A stretch of DNA of 62,830 nucleotides, filler included, from Sphacelaria rigidula (taxonomy: Eukaryota), in NCBI GenBank assembly GCA_964200075.2. It is 7 parts of 7 records of this genome, joined end to end, with 100 filler letters (N's around TTAATTAATTAA, not from the genome) between each part and the next. Parts side by side here need not be neighbours in the genome. Positions count along the whole stretch, not along the records: positions 26,974 to 35,863 come from CAXNAA020009828.1; positions 35,964 to 44,852 come from CAXNAA020009829.1; positions 44,953 to 53,841 come from CAXNAA020009830.1; 4 more parts are not named here. The stretch is one strand, 5' to 3'. Both the position numbers and the translations under genes were made by a program. The notes under the pieces are model-generated. The model made no database searches and was not told where the DNA came from. It saw nothing but the letters and a program-made list of their open reading frames with translations. Positions within the stretch are counted from its first letter, which is position 1. Each line of letters opens with the position of its first letter. Of this stretch, positions 35,291-48,168 are shown piece after piece.

Positions 35291-35863
35291 GTGTGCGGAG
35301 GTACCTCTGATTCGATATCCATGCGGAAACCACGGCCGCGGCACGGCAAATGCGATCGTCCCCAAAGGATGCAAGGCGCTCCGCAGTTTGCCCACCAACC
35401 GCTTGAAGCATCTCTTGACGTGGTCGTCTGTTAGTGTCAGGATGCTTTTCTCGGCATCCAAGGAGACGAAAATAAGCTTCGGCTGGCGTGCCACAGCCAG
35501 TGAGTCGCCTCCATCGATGGGCTCACACCCTCTACGAAGTAGGTTTTCCGCGTGCGTGGTAGAATTCTTGCGCCTGTGCGAAAAAACAAAGGTCATTCCA
35601 CACGGTACATATCGACATCCGACGGAAGAACGCGGGTGAAGTGCGATCCTGAGGCAGACAACAAAAGCACGGTCGAAACACGCACCCTACCCGACGGGGC
35701 ATTATTACGTATTTCCGCTTTCATATTTATTAGCCTGCAGTTAACACCGACTCCCTTTAATGTATGATCTCCTCATTGCGTTAACCTGTGTCATGTTTTT
35801 GTTACGAGCGCAACTCTTGGGGGGGGGGGGGGGGGGGGGTTGGTCCCAACAAATTTTTTTTCC

Positions 35864-35963
35864 NNNNNNNNNNNNNNNNNNNNNNNNNNNNNNNNNNNNN
35901 NNNNNNNTTAATTAATTAANNNNNNNNNNNNNNNNNNNNNNNNNNNNNNNNNNNNNNNNNNNN
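35864..35963. other. Artificial contig linker
   Basis: N44-TTAATTAATTAA-N44. Confidence 0.98.
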
Positions 35964-36013
35964 GTGGTCAATGGTCAAACGACTAAGGCAAGCAACAAAT
36001 GAACGCCCTCCCC
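35964..36013 (+). mobile_element. Family A 3' end at contig start
   Basis: gtggtcaatggtcaaacgactaaggcaagcaacaaatga followed by a C-rich run. Confidence 0.8.
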
Positions 36014-36542
36014 TCGTGTCGTGCCGGAGAAACTCCAGGTAAATCGTTGACAATCCCTTGAACCACAGACATCAGACTTGCATCTCACTCCCCCACTAAG
36101 GGGCAACCTATTGCTTGAAATTGAAATTACTACATAAGAAAAGGATGATGAATCGCCGCAGGTTCTCAGCAACAAAAAACGCTGTAGTGAGGACCTCATG
36201 TAGAAAACATGTAAGCACGCCACACGCATCTTACCGGGGCGACGGGATCGATTTTTCTGCGCAGCGCTGGCCGTCCACTCAACAAAATCTGCCAGAAGGT
36301 TATTTCCTCTCCCTCCCGCCGCGAACAGACATCTGCGCGATACGTCGATACGCGAACGCTGTAGGGCTCGCTCGTTGTGCGGTATACTCTCTGCAACAGT
36401 TCCGATACCTGATCTATCTTGGCGTGATCTATTTTCCTCCCCCCCCCCCCTCTTTGTTTTTGTTTCTCTTTTTCTGTGTGCGAGTGTGTGAGTGTGTATT
36501 TTAGGTCCGTCTTTGTTCTCTTCTTTGTTCTACGGTTCACTC

Positions 36543-36752
36543 CGCTGTAATGCGTGGGAGGACAGCGTGGGTTTTGTTCCGCATTGGAATTTGAACAAGC
36601 CAATATCGACGTTTTTCAAGAGCGCTCGGGCAAATCCCTGCGCGGACCGCGCCCCTGACCCTTACCCTAACGCTAACCCTAACCCTAACCATAGGGGTAT
36701 TTGAACTCCGATGCGATCCAAAAAGCACGTGGTCCTCCCACGCATTATACCG
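36543..36752. mobile_element. Small TIR element with internal telomere-like (CCCTAA)n
   Basis: taatgcgtgggaggac paired with gtcctcccacgcatta; internal cccttaccctaacgctaaccctaaccctaacc. Confidence 0.7.
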
Positions 36753-39700
36753 TTCTCTCCCTCTATTCTCGTGTTCCCTCGTTCTGTTGCTTCCTATAGC
36801 GAGTGCTTCGTCCTTTTTCACGGTGGATACGTCCATTTTGCGGAAAATGACTCGATTCCTAGGGGATCAGCTATGTGCGTCAACTAACCAACCAATCAAT
36901 CAAATCAAGCTAATGTGTCGACAGAACGGGCCATGGATAGCCGGGTCTTTTGGCTGCGCAATTTTTTAATGCAAGTGATGCTACGGTAGGGGTGCACTTT
37001 TTGCGCACAATTTTGTCTGGTTCAGGGGCTCCCAACGATTCTAGAGGCACAAGAAAATGGGTCAGGGCATCCCCGTTTGCAAATTCATTCGGAACATCCC
37101 TAGCGCATCGGGATAGTAATCCTGGCTTACTCTCATTGATTCATAATGGGTCGTGTTTCGGGTGAGATAAAGGGCTCCTGACAATTCTAACCTCAGAAAA
37201 ATATTCATCACCCCTACCGTAGCATTACTCATCCGCATCGCTTTTCACGGGAAGAGCAATGCCGTGCCGTCATCGACTGCTTGGACTGAACATTAAACAT
37301 GATTTGCTGTTCACCACGACTTGCATTTCTTCCCATGTCTGCAGACGAAGCCCTATAGCATCTATCCGGGTTACTTGCATTGCTCACATGAAAAGACTTG
37401 ACAACAACATTGTCAAGTTTCAACACTCGGAGATGTAACATCTGAGGAGAAGTGTTATCTCCGAAGGAAACGTGTCTCCTACTACTGATATATGGGTAGA
37501 TGATGGCAATGTGTTCAAGTGTAAGGCAGTAGTCGTGGTCATCTGCATTACCACGCTGTTTCATACTCTGTGCCATAACCTGTCTCTCAACGACCCACCT
37601 GCCAATCTCCAACCAAGCTTGCCTCCGAGAACATCGCGCGCCGGACAGTTGCGGGACAAATGACCGACATTCCATAATGATGCTTTTGGCGCGGCCCCAA
37701 CTGACCGTATCAATTACACGAGAAACAAGCACGAGTAGCATCGATTACTGATTACATGGGCTGATCAACACACGAAAACGGATCAAGTGGAACTGATTTA
37801 ACACAACTGTGCCAAGCCCAACTGTGCACCCACCTGGCGCACATCCAAACCGCATGGCGGAAGTCGTTAACAAGGTTGCCGCTCTTGACATATTGAATCG
37901 TGCACACAACAGCCCTTCTTCACACGAACCCACGGGGGACCTCGCCCCCCTTCCCCTCCCCGTCCTCCCGTCCGTCAATCCATGCATCTACATGTACTTA
38001 CTGTGTTACCTACCTCATCATGGCTTGAGAGCGCTCGATCAATGCTCTTGCTTCATGTCTCGATGTCGTAGAGGTTTCCACCGATGTGCGCACGGCCTTC
38101 TCCTTCGCCAATGTCCGCAGAACGTTCATACCCCAACGGGCATCCAAGACTGCCACAACCCGATCGGATGACCCAAGGAAATGTCGCAAAGAGGGGGGAA
38201 GACGAGGGTTGACAACACCGTGCTCGTAGAAATGGCTTACTCAAGATGTTACTGTGGTATACGCTGATACGCTAAATGACACACCACTTGGGGTCAGCCG
38301 TGTGTATACTTTTGTCACTGGTGCGGTGCTGAATTGACAAATCTCAAGGGGATGAGTCGAAATGCACGGTTATTCCGAGCCGTGCAAACTCCCTGACGTC
38401 TAGGCATAGATGACCAAGGCGTACAGCTTGCACTGAGCTGGGGCACCATGCCCCGATATTCTGGGTTGTGCGGCACATGGTTTGCCCTATGTTACCGCTG
38501 CCCACTACCCATTGATTTCTACACACGCGGGGCTGTACCCAACAGCATGCGCCATGTTTCATCGCCCCACAGCATGTTGAAATCGTTTCTCTAGTGCTTC
38601 CAGTATCGTTCGAGGCTCACCCGGCAGGCGAAATGCGACGGTCTCTAGCCCCTGTTCTGGCCTCCCACGACGAGCTACATGATGACTGGTACGGGCACTG
38701 CACCGCACGACCAGCGCTCCCGGTAGCATGGCGGGGTTCAACTCCGTAAGCACAGTCGGGGTCGGGTTCGTTGTTGGAGGGAGTGTGGGACAGGGTGATG
38801 CTGGGTCGCCGGTTGTGGTCCCTCGGGATGCCAGTATAACGGATTGTGCTCTATTTTATTTGTTAAAAGAAGTAGTGGGAACGCATTCAGTGTTCCGGTG
38901 GGCAACCTCTCTTCTGATTACGCAGGAAAATCTCGTTGATATCAAGATGGGATCGCCCCCCCAAAAATGGGGATTGTCTTTTCAGCTTGCACACGGGTTG
39001 GACGCAAATGCCGATCTGGCGCGACTCCTAAACACGAGAGGAGCCCTCGACGAACTTACCCTACAGAAACAGCTTCAATTCGGAGCCACCCGGGCTTTCC
39101 GCCCAACTTTCTGAAGCCGCCCCCCTCCCCGCCGCCTCCGCCGCCACCTCCTTTAAGCAACAGCCAATCACCAGCGCGTAGGCTGGCCACAACAAAGCAA
39201 GGGTTACCCCTCTCCCCGTCCGCCTGCCCGTCCCCGTTACCTTCCTTGCCTGTCACATTTGAACCGCGATCGCTCGAAACCTTTTCGGACAAGTTCTGCA
39301 TCCTTGCCTGAAACGCGGAAATTCCCGAAAAGGGTTCCTCCTTGGCGACGCCCCGTGACACCTCGGAGGCACTCCTGTCACAGCGGCGGGCGTCAGTAAT
39401 GCGGAGACCCGGGACGTGGAGAGGCTGAGGTTCCGGGCGAAGTTCGCTTCGGGAGGGGGACGCCTGGTCTGCGTCATGATCAGGCGTTATCTTGGTGTGC
39501 TGCGGAGCTTTTGCTCTCCCCGAGTAGTCCGGGACATGATCGGCTGAGCTGTCCTTACTCTCGCGTTTCCCTGCTCTGTGGGAGGCGGTTGCTCGGACGT
39601 CCTCCTTGTCTGAACTCGTACTTGTACCTACAAACACGAGCTCTCGGCGTTCTGGTGTCCCCGGTGTCACAGGCAAATCGGCGTTAGTTCGAGGTCGAAA

Positions 39701-42700
39701 GGAGTCCCACACCTATGCACGTGCGCGGACGCAAAAGACGTGTTTTGGAACGTGAGGCGGCGGCAACACATGTGTATCCGAAGCGGAGAGACCCCTGGGG
39801 AACGAAGTAGATCACGGACGATATGTTGGGCGGCTATTACGCGACACCGTCACAAACCCTCGAAAAAATGTAGAAAAGGTTCGGCTTATAAGTTTGATCA
39901 TAAGCTCGGGAAGTATGGGTGTCATACGCGCTGAGGTAGGTCCCTCGCGATACACCGAGATAACATCCGGATTCCAGGCCACCGTACTGCCGTCACACGC
40001 AATTCCTTGCGACAACTCGCCACACCAGCTCCGATAGAGGCAGGGTAATGCGTCGCGTTGTTTCAAATGTGGTCCTGATAGTCGCTTGAGTGAAAAGAGA
40101 TGAACATGCACTGTATGCCTGTAGACTAGCATGAGTGTGAGTTGCGATACCGCTGGGTATTACCTTCACCCTGAGTTCATCTGCACCGAGATTTTTACAG
40201 AACAGCAATGTCTACATGCATCACGAACATCAGGACTTGGAATTGGGGACATGTACCCCCCCCCCCCCCCCCCCCCAACCCTCGTGGGCACTCGAACATT
40301 GAAAATCGTAAGAACCGCTCTAGTCGTCATCTCGATGACTGTATAAGCTTCTTGCGTCTCTTTTCATAGTACTGTACGCCCTCTGCCCCTATTGCGTGGC
40401 ACCAGCTACCCTACCGGGTCGTACCGTATAGTACTGCCCATTGATTCCAACGCACGGAGTGGATAAGGATACGCGTGGTTAGCGCAAAAGATACTGCCGA
40501 AGACCCCCGAGTGGTTCATGACTATCTGGGAATATACTTAATGTAGGAGTCCACGCTTCATTACACAAAGTAAAAGCCTTCACGACAACAGTTTTTGGTT
40601 GGTCGGAACTACATGAGACGGCCCATACCTATGGCGCCGTTTCCTACCGTATATCGGGGGTCCCAGCATAGTGCAGTGGACCGCCAGCCTGTAATGATCG
40701 AATTATATTGGAACCTCACCCTATATTGGCGTGGTCCAATTACTTGATAGTAGTGTAGAATATCGGACATGTGACCAGAGATTTGTTACCGCACGGTGTT
40801 GGGACCTCGCACATGAGAAAACCGCACTATTGTGCGACCCCGTCTGTATTGTGGACGCCCACTGCCCACCGGGGCATGACTGAAATTCTTGAAGCTGTAT
40901 ACAACATACCGCCAATACCAACGCCCCACACACACCCTATCCAAATCCACCGAATTTCAACTTTAGGGGCATACATATATTGGGAGTTGAAATATGGGGG
41001 TACCCCTGCTCTGTCCCACCTTGTTGCACCATGTCCGCAAAGACCGCCTTCTCTTCGGCAATCCGGAAAATACTGGTCTCCTTGGCGAACACGCGATGGG
41101 CGACTCATCTAGGGTTTTGGCGTAATATGATGACAACGCTCCTCCTGTTGTTGTTATAACCCACTGAATCCATTCGGTCTTCAAGCGCGCATCGACAGCA
41201 CGCAGTGCCCTACCAACCTGCGAGTGGCATTCGACGCCCGCGTGGATGAGGGCGAGACTGGCAAACATCACCTAGGAGGAAGGATGCGGCGAAGCGTACA
41301 TTACTCGTGCCACTGTCAACGCTATCGGAAAGAAACTTGCACACTGCTGCTCACTCGTGTGCGTGCTCTCAGGATGAGTGCGCTCGTGGCTGTATCATAT
41401 GACGACATGTCGCGCCTTCTCAGCAATTATGGAGAAGTTTCATCACAGCCACAGTTATTGCAGAACCAAATCGTGCCCGCGGGCGTGTAGTAGTGGGCAC
41501 CCGTCTGTTGGCACCTTGTCTTGGCGTGCGTGGAGCATGCACACTTGAGTGCGGAACAGGCATTGGTGTACAGCATCTCAACGAACGAGCGAGTGCCTTG
41601 GAATATAATAATACCGTTGACTGAGAAAACATATGCGCTACTGTATTAATCTTGGTCAGTGTGGGCACAAGATGGGCCGGCTCATTGTTACTTTGTGCAG
41701 AATCTCACTCAACCCTCTCGTGGAGTCCTAAATAAGTTAATTTGTTATCGACAGTAATGTACTGTTGTAGCCGGAGCTATAGTTTTTATCAGTCAATGGA
41801 GTTTCGGAAAATGCTTTTTTGTCATTTCAGAGTGCAAATCTCTCAGGATCGGAGTGCAGAATGAAACATTAAAAGACAAACTCATCGAAAGAATGGTAAG
41901 GGTAATATCACATTTGACGGAGGGGGAAATATTGTTTCGTTGAACTCTGACGCTGAAATATTTGCACTCTGAGATGACAAAAAAACGCGCTTTCCGAAAC
42001 TCTCTAATATTAGCAGTACTGTAGGTAGAGGCATACATACATGCATACAGAAGTGGCATGCAGGTGGTCTCGTATGTACAAAGGGTCGCAAGGGCAACAT
42101 ACAAGTACATGTAGTAAGAAACGCTCAACAGGTTACGAGTGTTTCGCGCTGTTTTGTCGAATTTACCTCCAACAAGTCCTGCCTGTTGTTGCTGGCGCAT
42201 CCCAACTTTTCAAGACATCCGAGTGCCCGTCGGCGTCTCACGGTGGCGAGCTCGAAAACTGCTGCTGCCATGCCCCCGGCATTAGCGTGTAGATGACTGA
42301 GGAGTGGAGACATGATGGAGTATTGTTCGGGGGTACGAATGTCACGTTAGGTAAAGCGCTCGCGTGTGTGCTTCGTACAGGTGTGTATCGCGGGCTTACT
42401 TGCTTCCTTCGATGTTAGAAATACTGCGGTCATTTCAGTGATCTCAAGATGTAGCAGTATGAGACAACGTACTGAGCAAAATAGCGAACGTATCTTCGAT
42501 ACGACATTGAAAAAAACTTATGACGTCAAGGTAATCAACCGTGAATGACTACCCAGTGCTTGGTGCTCTGAATCAAGATAACGAATGGATGAGGTTTTTG
42601 AAGATGGAGGTATATATACAGGTACATTTTGTACTCCGCTTTGACTTTTGAATTCATCATGCCTTGTAACCGGGGTGAACGGCGAGAGGGGTGCATTTTT

Positions 42701-43624
42701 CCATAAGTGCCAACTTTCCCCCCAAGTGCTAGTGCTCGCAGTACTCCCGCGAACCACTGACTAACTGGCAGCACCATAGGTCTCCGCCAGCCACCATCCC
42801 ACCCCCATATATATGTTCAACAAGAACATATAGGATTTGGTATGACGAAGAAACTGTTTTGGTGCACCGCAGCACTACCGATGGCACGTCGCCCTGCCGT
42901 GTCCGTGTTTCTGTTCTTGTCTTGTCAGGGTATTCTAGATGTGGGTAAACTCAAAGATGAACAACACCCCCCAAGTTCAAATTGAATCTATTTGTTGTGG
43001 CCACACCACCGCCCTTGCTGGCATGTGTGTCACAGAGAACAGTTGTAGCGATAACGGGAACATTGCCCTGTTTTCAACGACATGTTTTTCAGCGTGCAGA
43101 GGCGCGTCCTGTCCAAAAGGAGAGGCAGAGAGAAATCGATCTTCGCATTCGTGAGCTCGACAAGCAATTGTAAGACCAGAGAAAATCTCTCCGCTCGATG
43201 TTTCGGCACACGGAAAATTGGGCACATGCTGGTAACATCGATGATGTCAGTCTCTCGAGAGTTTGGTAATCGCCGAGCGAGGACGCACAAAGGACACGGG
43301 CGAGGAGCTTCCTCTCTGTCGTTGCTTCTCGTGTACACCGCATTCGTTAGGTGCACATAGCCACAGCTGCTTAACTGCTGCGGATATTTGGGGGGGAAGA
43401 TGGCTTCGCTCGGTCGTAAGTGTTTCGCGTCATCCCTGCAAAAGACAAATGCCACTTCAACCTTCATTTTTGAGATGGACCCCATTTTCCAGGATCTACT
43501 GTTATTGCCGTGTTTAACGGTACACAACAGTCTAATGAAATTGCTCCATGTTGGAATACGGTATGTGAGGTTGTCGTGTTTCCTGCAAATGTTCTTTGCC
43601 CAAGATTTCTGCTGTGGATCATGA

Positions 43625-44640
43625 TTCGGCGTGCCCCCCCCCCCCCCTGATGCTGGCGATTCTCCACCAGTTCCCCGACGGCACGAGGGCGTGTGTGCGA
43701 ATGGACGTGCTCCAACTACTTCGACGTGGGCCAGGGGCTCCGACAGGTGTACAACCTGGCACCCGATGCCGCACTACCGCTTCTTCGCCGCAATGCTAAT
43801 ACTGTCAAGAGACGACTTCGCCAAAGACGATGAGGTGACCGCGAAACACGATAAAACTCGAGAGAGAGAGAGAGAGAGAGAGAGAGGCAAGGGAAACGGG
43901 GGAGATCACGATGGCGGAGGTCGCGGAGCCGCTGCGGGGCACGCTATACGCCGACGACACGGGTATCGTTTCGCAATCGCCGGAGAGCCACGAGAAGATG
44001 ACGTGGACCATTGCGCGCGGTTCCGGTTTGCTTAGGCTGACGGTGTCGGAGCCGAAGACGAGGTACTCATTCAGGATCAACACCGGTGGCCAGGTATACA
44101 AGCAAACCACCCATCAAGCTTGTGTGCCTCGGGGGGACTATTTGCGAGAATGGGAAGGTGGACGAGGAGATGATAAATCGCCCGGATCAAGCATGAAGAT
44201 GCTACAGGCGGAATGGTCAAATTATATACGGTCGTGGGGAGCTCTCTTCCCGGCTCAAAGTGTGCCCCCGCTTCAAGCCGAGGTGCTTGACACCCCTCTG
44301 CACGAGTACAAGACGTGGACCCTGTCGAAGAAATAACGCGACAAGCTCGACGGGGTCCACCGCTATTTCTTCACACGCTGCATCGGGTGGAACAAGAGGA
44401 CGCGCACGGACCTCCCTCTGAGGTACGCCGAGGTCACCCTCAAGATCGACTGCACCGAGTCGCTCGAGGCTACCGTGCGCAACCGTGCGCAACCGAAGGC
44501 TACTCTTCGCGGGATTCGCCATGCGCATGGGAGACGACCGTCATTCGAAGCGTGTCATGCTGGGAGCGTTGGAGGGGAGAAGGAGTACAGAGGAGGGCAA
44601 GAGCTAGGTTACATGCATTAACTGGAAGTTGACTTTAAGT
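43625..44640 (+). mobile_element. Decayed LINE (RTE-like) reverse transcriptase and C-terminal region
   Basis: Frameshifted MLAILHQF.DG.RACVR, FDVGQGLRQ, FFAAML, LYADDTGIVS, LTVSEPKT, LGGTI, RCIGW, LFAGF..RMGDDR..KRVM.G motifs. Confidence 0.88.
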
Positions 44641-44664
44641 TACTCGATATCGAAGAAGAGAAGG

Positions 44665-44852
44665 GAGGGAGGGAGGGAGGATGGGGAGGGAGGGGTGCAC
44701 ACGTGATCTTGTATGCCATAGCCATATGACCATTGACCTCGCATCTCTACAAAGACGGGACGGAGCACGCCGGATTTTCGCCGGACCAGGTTCGCAATCA
44801 ATCACCAGGCGCGAAGCGCCGTGAGGTGTTCGGCGAGTCGCATGAAGGGTGA
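44665..44852 (-). mobile_element. Family B copy, cut by contig end
   Basis: G-rich tract then gatcttgtatgccatagccatatgaccattgacctcgcatc... Confidence 0.8.
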
Positions 44853-44952
44853 NNNNNNNNNNNNNNNNNNNNNNNNNNNNNNNNNNNNNNNNNNNNTTAA
44901 TTAATTAANNNNNNNNNNNNNNNNNNNNNNNNNNNNNNNNNNNNNNNNNNNN
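44853..44952. other. Artificial contig linker
   Basis: N44-TTAATTAATTAA-N44. Confidence 0.98.
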
Positions 44953-45607
44953 TATAGACGCGACCCCCCCCGGTCCCTTCTTTTTTTTTTTTCTTTCCCC
45001 CCCGATATCCGGGGTCTTGTCCTTGTTTTTTTTTTGTTCTCCTTCATACAAGTATTATTAGGCCAACAGCCGTGTTTTCCGCCATTATTGGGCCTTACTA
45101 TCGCTTTCGCGTCTTAATTTTCTGCCCTTCTTTCCCCTCCTTTCTTCTCTTTTTTATGAAAAGTAATTTTTTTCCCGAGCTCATAGCTTTTTTCTGATAT
45201 TTTTCTGTTTATGATCGTCATTTTTCTCCGTACAGCCGTGCACCATGCATACATACACTGAGCGCTGTGTCATGCTCCATTCGCAGCGCCATGAGGCAAA
45301 AAAAATGGTGCTGGATCGCCCTGTGTTGTTCGTATCCCATTTTTCTTCTCCAACGTCCTCCGTTTGCGAGTCTTTTTACTTCTATTTTATTTTTCATTTT
45401 CCCCCGGAAACGTCCGTCTGTCTTGCTGCCTTGTCTGGGTGACTAGGAGTGGAGACGAAAGTCAGAAGTTGTTCTAATCAATTTTTTTGTTCGATTTTTA
45501 TTTCGTGCTTGGGCTGCTTGCTTCTGCATGAGTATCCTGTCCTGTTTCCTGTCCCATCCCGTCCTGTCCCCTCACCCCCCCCCTCCATGGTTTGTGTTGT
45601 CCAACAG

Positions 45608-45724
45608 GTGTATCAACCGACAGGGGTGAAGACAATCAAGGGAGCGTCGATCGATGTCAAGGAGCGCCACGCATTCGTAGTCTTTTTTCACACCGACGAG
45701 AGTGGGTTAGTTCCCGTTGGCAAG
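45608..45724 (+). CDS. Exon of a putative chromatin reader, PWWP-like beta part (VYQPTGVKTIKGASIDVKERHAFVVFFHTDESGLVPVGK)
   Basis: cag/gtgcgc sites, 117 bp; 'V-x-FF-x-T-x-E-x-x-x-V' resembles PWWP beta3-beta4. Confidence 0.7.
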
Positions 45725-46384
45725 GTGCGCGGGTGCAAGTGCTGTGCTTGTGGAAATCGTTGATGGATGATGGTGTGTTGTGCTTGGAGATGGTGAGATG
45801 AACGAAAATCAACATCGTATGTTGACATCGTTCACACCGACAGAGGTACAATATTTTTTTCTTTTCTATGAATCCCAGTACTCGAACCAACTCCTGTTTG
45901 TCCAATATTGTATGGTCCCTTGTGTTTGTCATCTTCCGGGGGTGCTATATGAGGCGACCAAGTGGTTCACCAGTTGATCGCAGGTCTGAGTACTCACCTC
46001 TCTATTTCGTTTTTGACCATATTTTTATTCACTACAGTACCTCTCCCTCCTCGATATGAGCCCGCAGACTCTATGAGAACAAACATCCCATCTCTTCCCC
46101 GGTACACGCCTTATATTTTGGGATTTGAATCATGACCAAACGCTCGCGCACCGCGTCGACCCTTGTCAAATGCATTTTTTTTACTTTCTACAGTACTGCA
46201 CTGATGTTCCTCTCCCTCGCTCAACTATGGAAATCACATATTTTTCAAGAGAACGGGAAATACGAAAAAACGCGATGTGACGGGATTCGAATCTCCAATC
46301 TTCCGTATTAACTACCTTCAGTTTTAGCATTTCAATGTAGACCATCGAGTCGCTTAGGAGGTGAAGATACTGTACGGAGATTTT

Positions 46385-46516
46385 ACACCTTGGACAATAC
46401 CTTGTCAAGAAGTGTATTGCGTACAGGGTGGAATCTATTGTCTATTGCAAAAGACGCAATAGTCGATACTGTACGCAGTGCACTTTTTGACGATGTCACT
46501 TGTTGTCGAGGATGTG
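46385..46516. mobile_element. Palindromic MITE, CACACCYTGGACAA family (subfamily 1)
   Basis: acaccttggacaa ... ttgtcgaggatgtg; inverted homolog of 15627-15767. Confidence 0.7.
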
Positions 46517-46781
46517 GGAGATAGATTCCTTCTCCCTGAAGATATGTGGTATCTGAAAGAAGGCGACCCCGAATATTCGAGACTTCATCTGTGAGCTCTT
46601 CATCGCTCGTATATCTCCCACCCCCCGCTCGCAAATATCAACCGTTGTCTATTCCCTTTTACCCGTTTGTTTGCTTCGTTACTTGTGCCCCGACAATCAT
46701 CCCAACGATCGATATCACCGCCGAGCTCGAACTGCATAAAAATCAACCGTAATGTTTTTACTGCCAAGCACCCCCCCCCCC

Positions 46782-46942
46782 TGTCTCTAAATGCAAGACA
46801 GTTAGTACGCTTCAGGCCAAACAATCGTAGAGGATGCACTTCACCGTTCATAAGTCTCACTGAACACGTCACAAGGTTCGCGCTTTGTGATTGCGAGCTG
46901 GGTCCGGCGAAAACTCGGCGTGCTCCGTCCCGACTTCATGAG

Positions 46943-46979
<37 letters not shown>
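46782..46979 (+). mobile_element. Family B copy between two C-runs
   Basis: C-run at 46771-46781, body with a short internal deletion, catgagtaa then ~C34. Confidence 0.8.
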
Positions 46980-47181
46980 ATCCCCTCTACTTCCCCCACA
47001 CCCTACTCACCCCCCTGTCGTAGGCNNNNNNNNNNTAGGGTGCCGTGCTTGGGGGTTAGTGTTGGTCTCTTCCTGTCGGCGGTCCGGCTCTGCTTAACGT
47101 TTCCCCCCCCCCCCCCCCCCTTGCTACCCTCTGCCTTTGCTTCGTAATCTGCCCACCGATCGTCCTCTTGATTTCGTTCAG

Positions 47182-47298
47182 GGCTCCATTGAGGGCTTCG
47201 ACTCCCGACCAGACTTGCGAAACCCCCCGAAAAAAGCCTCGAAAGGTCTGGAAAAGGCCATCAAGGGTGCTCAAGTAGAAATGGCGAGCATGAAAAAG
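47182..47298 (+). CDS. Exon, PWWP-like helical end (GSIEGFDSRPDLRNPPKKASKGLEKAIKGAQVEMASMKK)
   Basis: cag/gtacat sites, 117 bp, phase 0; 'I-x-x-F...K-x-L-x-x-AI-x-x-A' pattern. Confidence 0.7.
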
Positions 47299-48008
47299 GT
47301 ACATTATTTTCAAGGCGTAGATGGGCACGTACGTAGTATAGCACCCCCTATATATACAACCCTAGTAACGTACATGGCATTGCTGCAAATAATCGCAGTA
47401 GGTGTCCTCCCTATGTTGAAGGCTCTTGGTTCCTGGGGTACGACATGTCTGTGGGGAGTAGGGTGGGGCGGGCGATGTTTCCCGTGGTCTCGGTCGATGT
47501 CTTTAGTCGGAGAGAACACTCAGATCTAATGGACAAGAACACGAGAAGCCGAAGCGTTACCTTCCCGCTACACGGCGTGCTCGGCGTCCATGGCTGTCGA
47601 GAGCTAATGCGGAAATAGTGGCCAAATGAGCTATTTAATTGCTCGTGATCCGGATAAGTACTCTAATGAGAAGTAATATCCAGATGGCTCATCAGCTGTT
47701 CGACGTGTGAACTTTTGCCAACCGCGGTTGAGCAGGTAGGTCTGACTGATATCTTGAATTGTATTCCTTGTTATCACGTTTGAACCCTCCACACACACCA
47801 CGTATGCTCACCTGAGGTTATGGCAGAAAAATCAGGTAGTTGAGCGTGATTGGCTCGAGTGAGCAAGGATCTTCACATCTTCGCGCACGGCGTTGTCAGA
47901 CCCAACAAGCAGGACTCCGAGCTTGAGCAATGGTAGTGTGCACCTCACCAGGCTATTCAGGCTACGAACCTGCCCCACTCCCCTTTTTCACTCCCTACCG
48001 TCCTCCCT

Positions 48009-48143
48009 CTAATGAGCGCCCAAATGTTGCAGGTGTCTCTATTAGGAGTAGGAACGGTGCTCCGTCTCGCGAGAGATGCATGGTCAATGGTCAAGTGACA
48101 AAGGCAAAGCAATGAATGAGTACCCTCCCTCCCCCCTTCCCCC
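48009..48143 (+). mobile_element. Family A copy flanked by C-rich tracts
   Basis: Ends gcaatgaatgagtaccctccctcccccc. Confidence 0.85.
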
Positions 48144-48168
48144 TGTCCATGCATTTGCGGTACATCAG

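Noticed and set aside
34354-35349. 331-aa proline-rich ORF (formin/extensin-like) and overlapping poly-Gly ORFs
   Set aside because: It comes from a G-homopolymer tract with Ns attached to family A repeats, not from a real gene.
35440-35480. LIFVSLDAEKS as an L1-type RT motif
   Set aside because: None of the surrounding RT motifs (QG, YADD) follow; probably coincidence.
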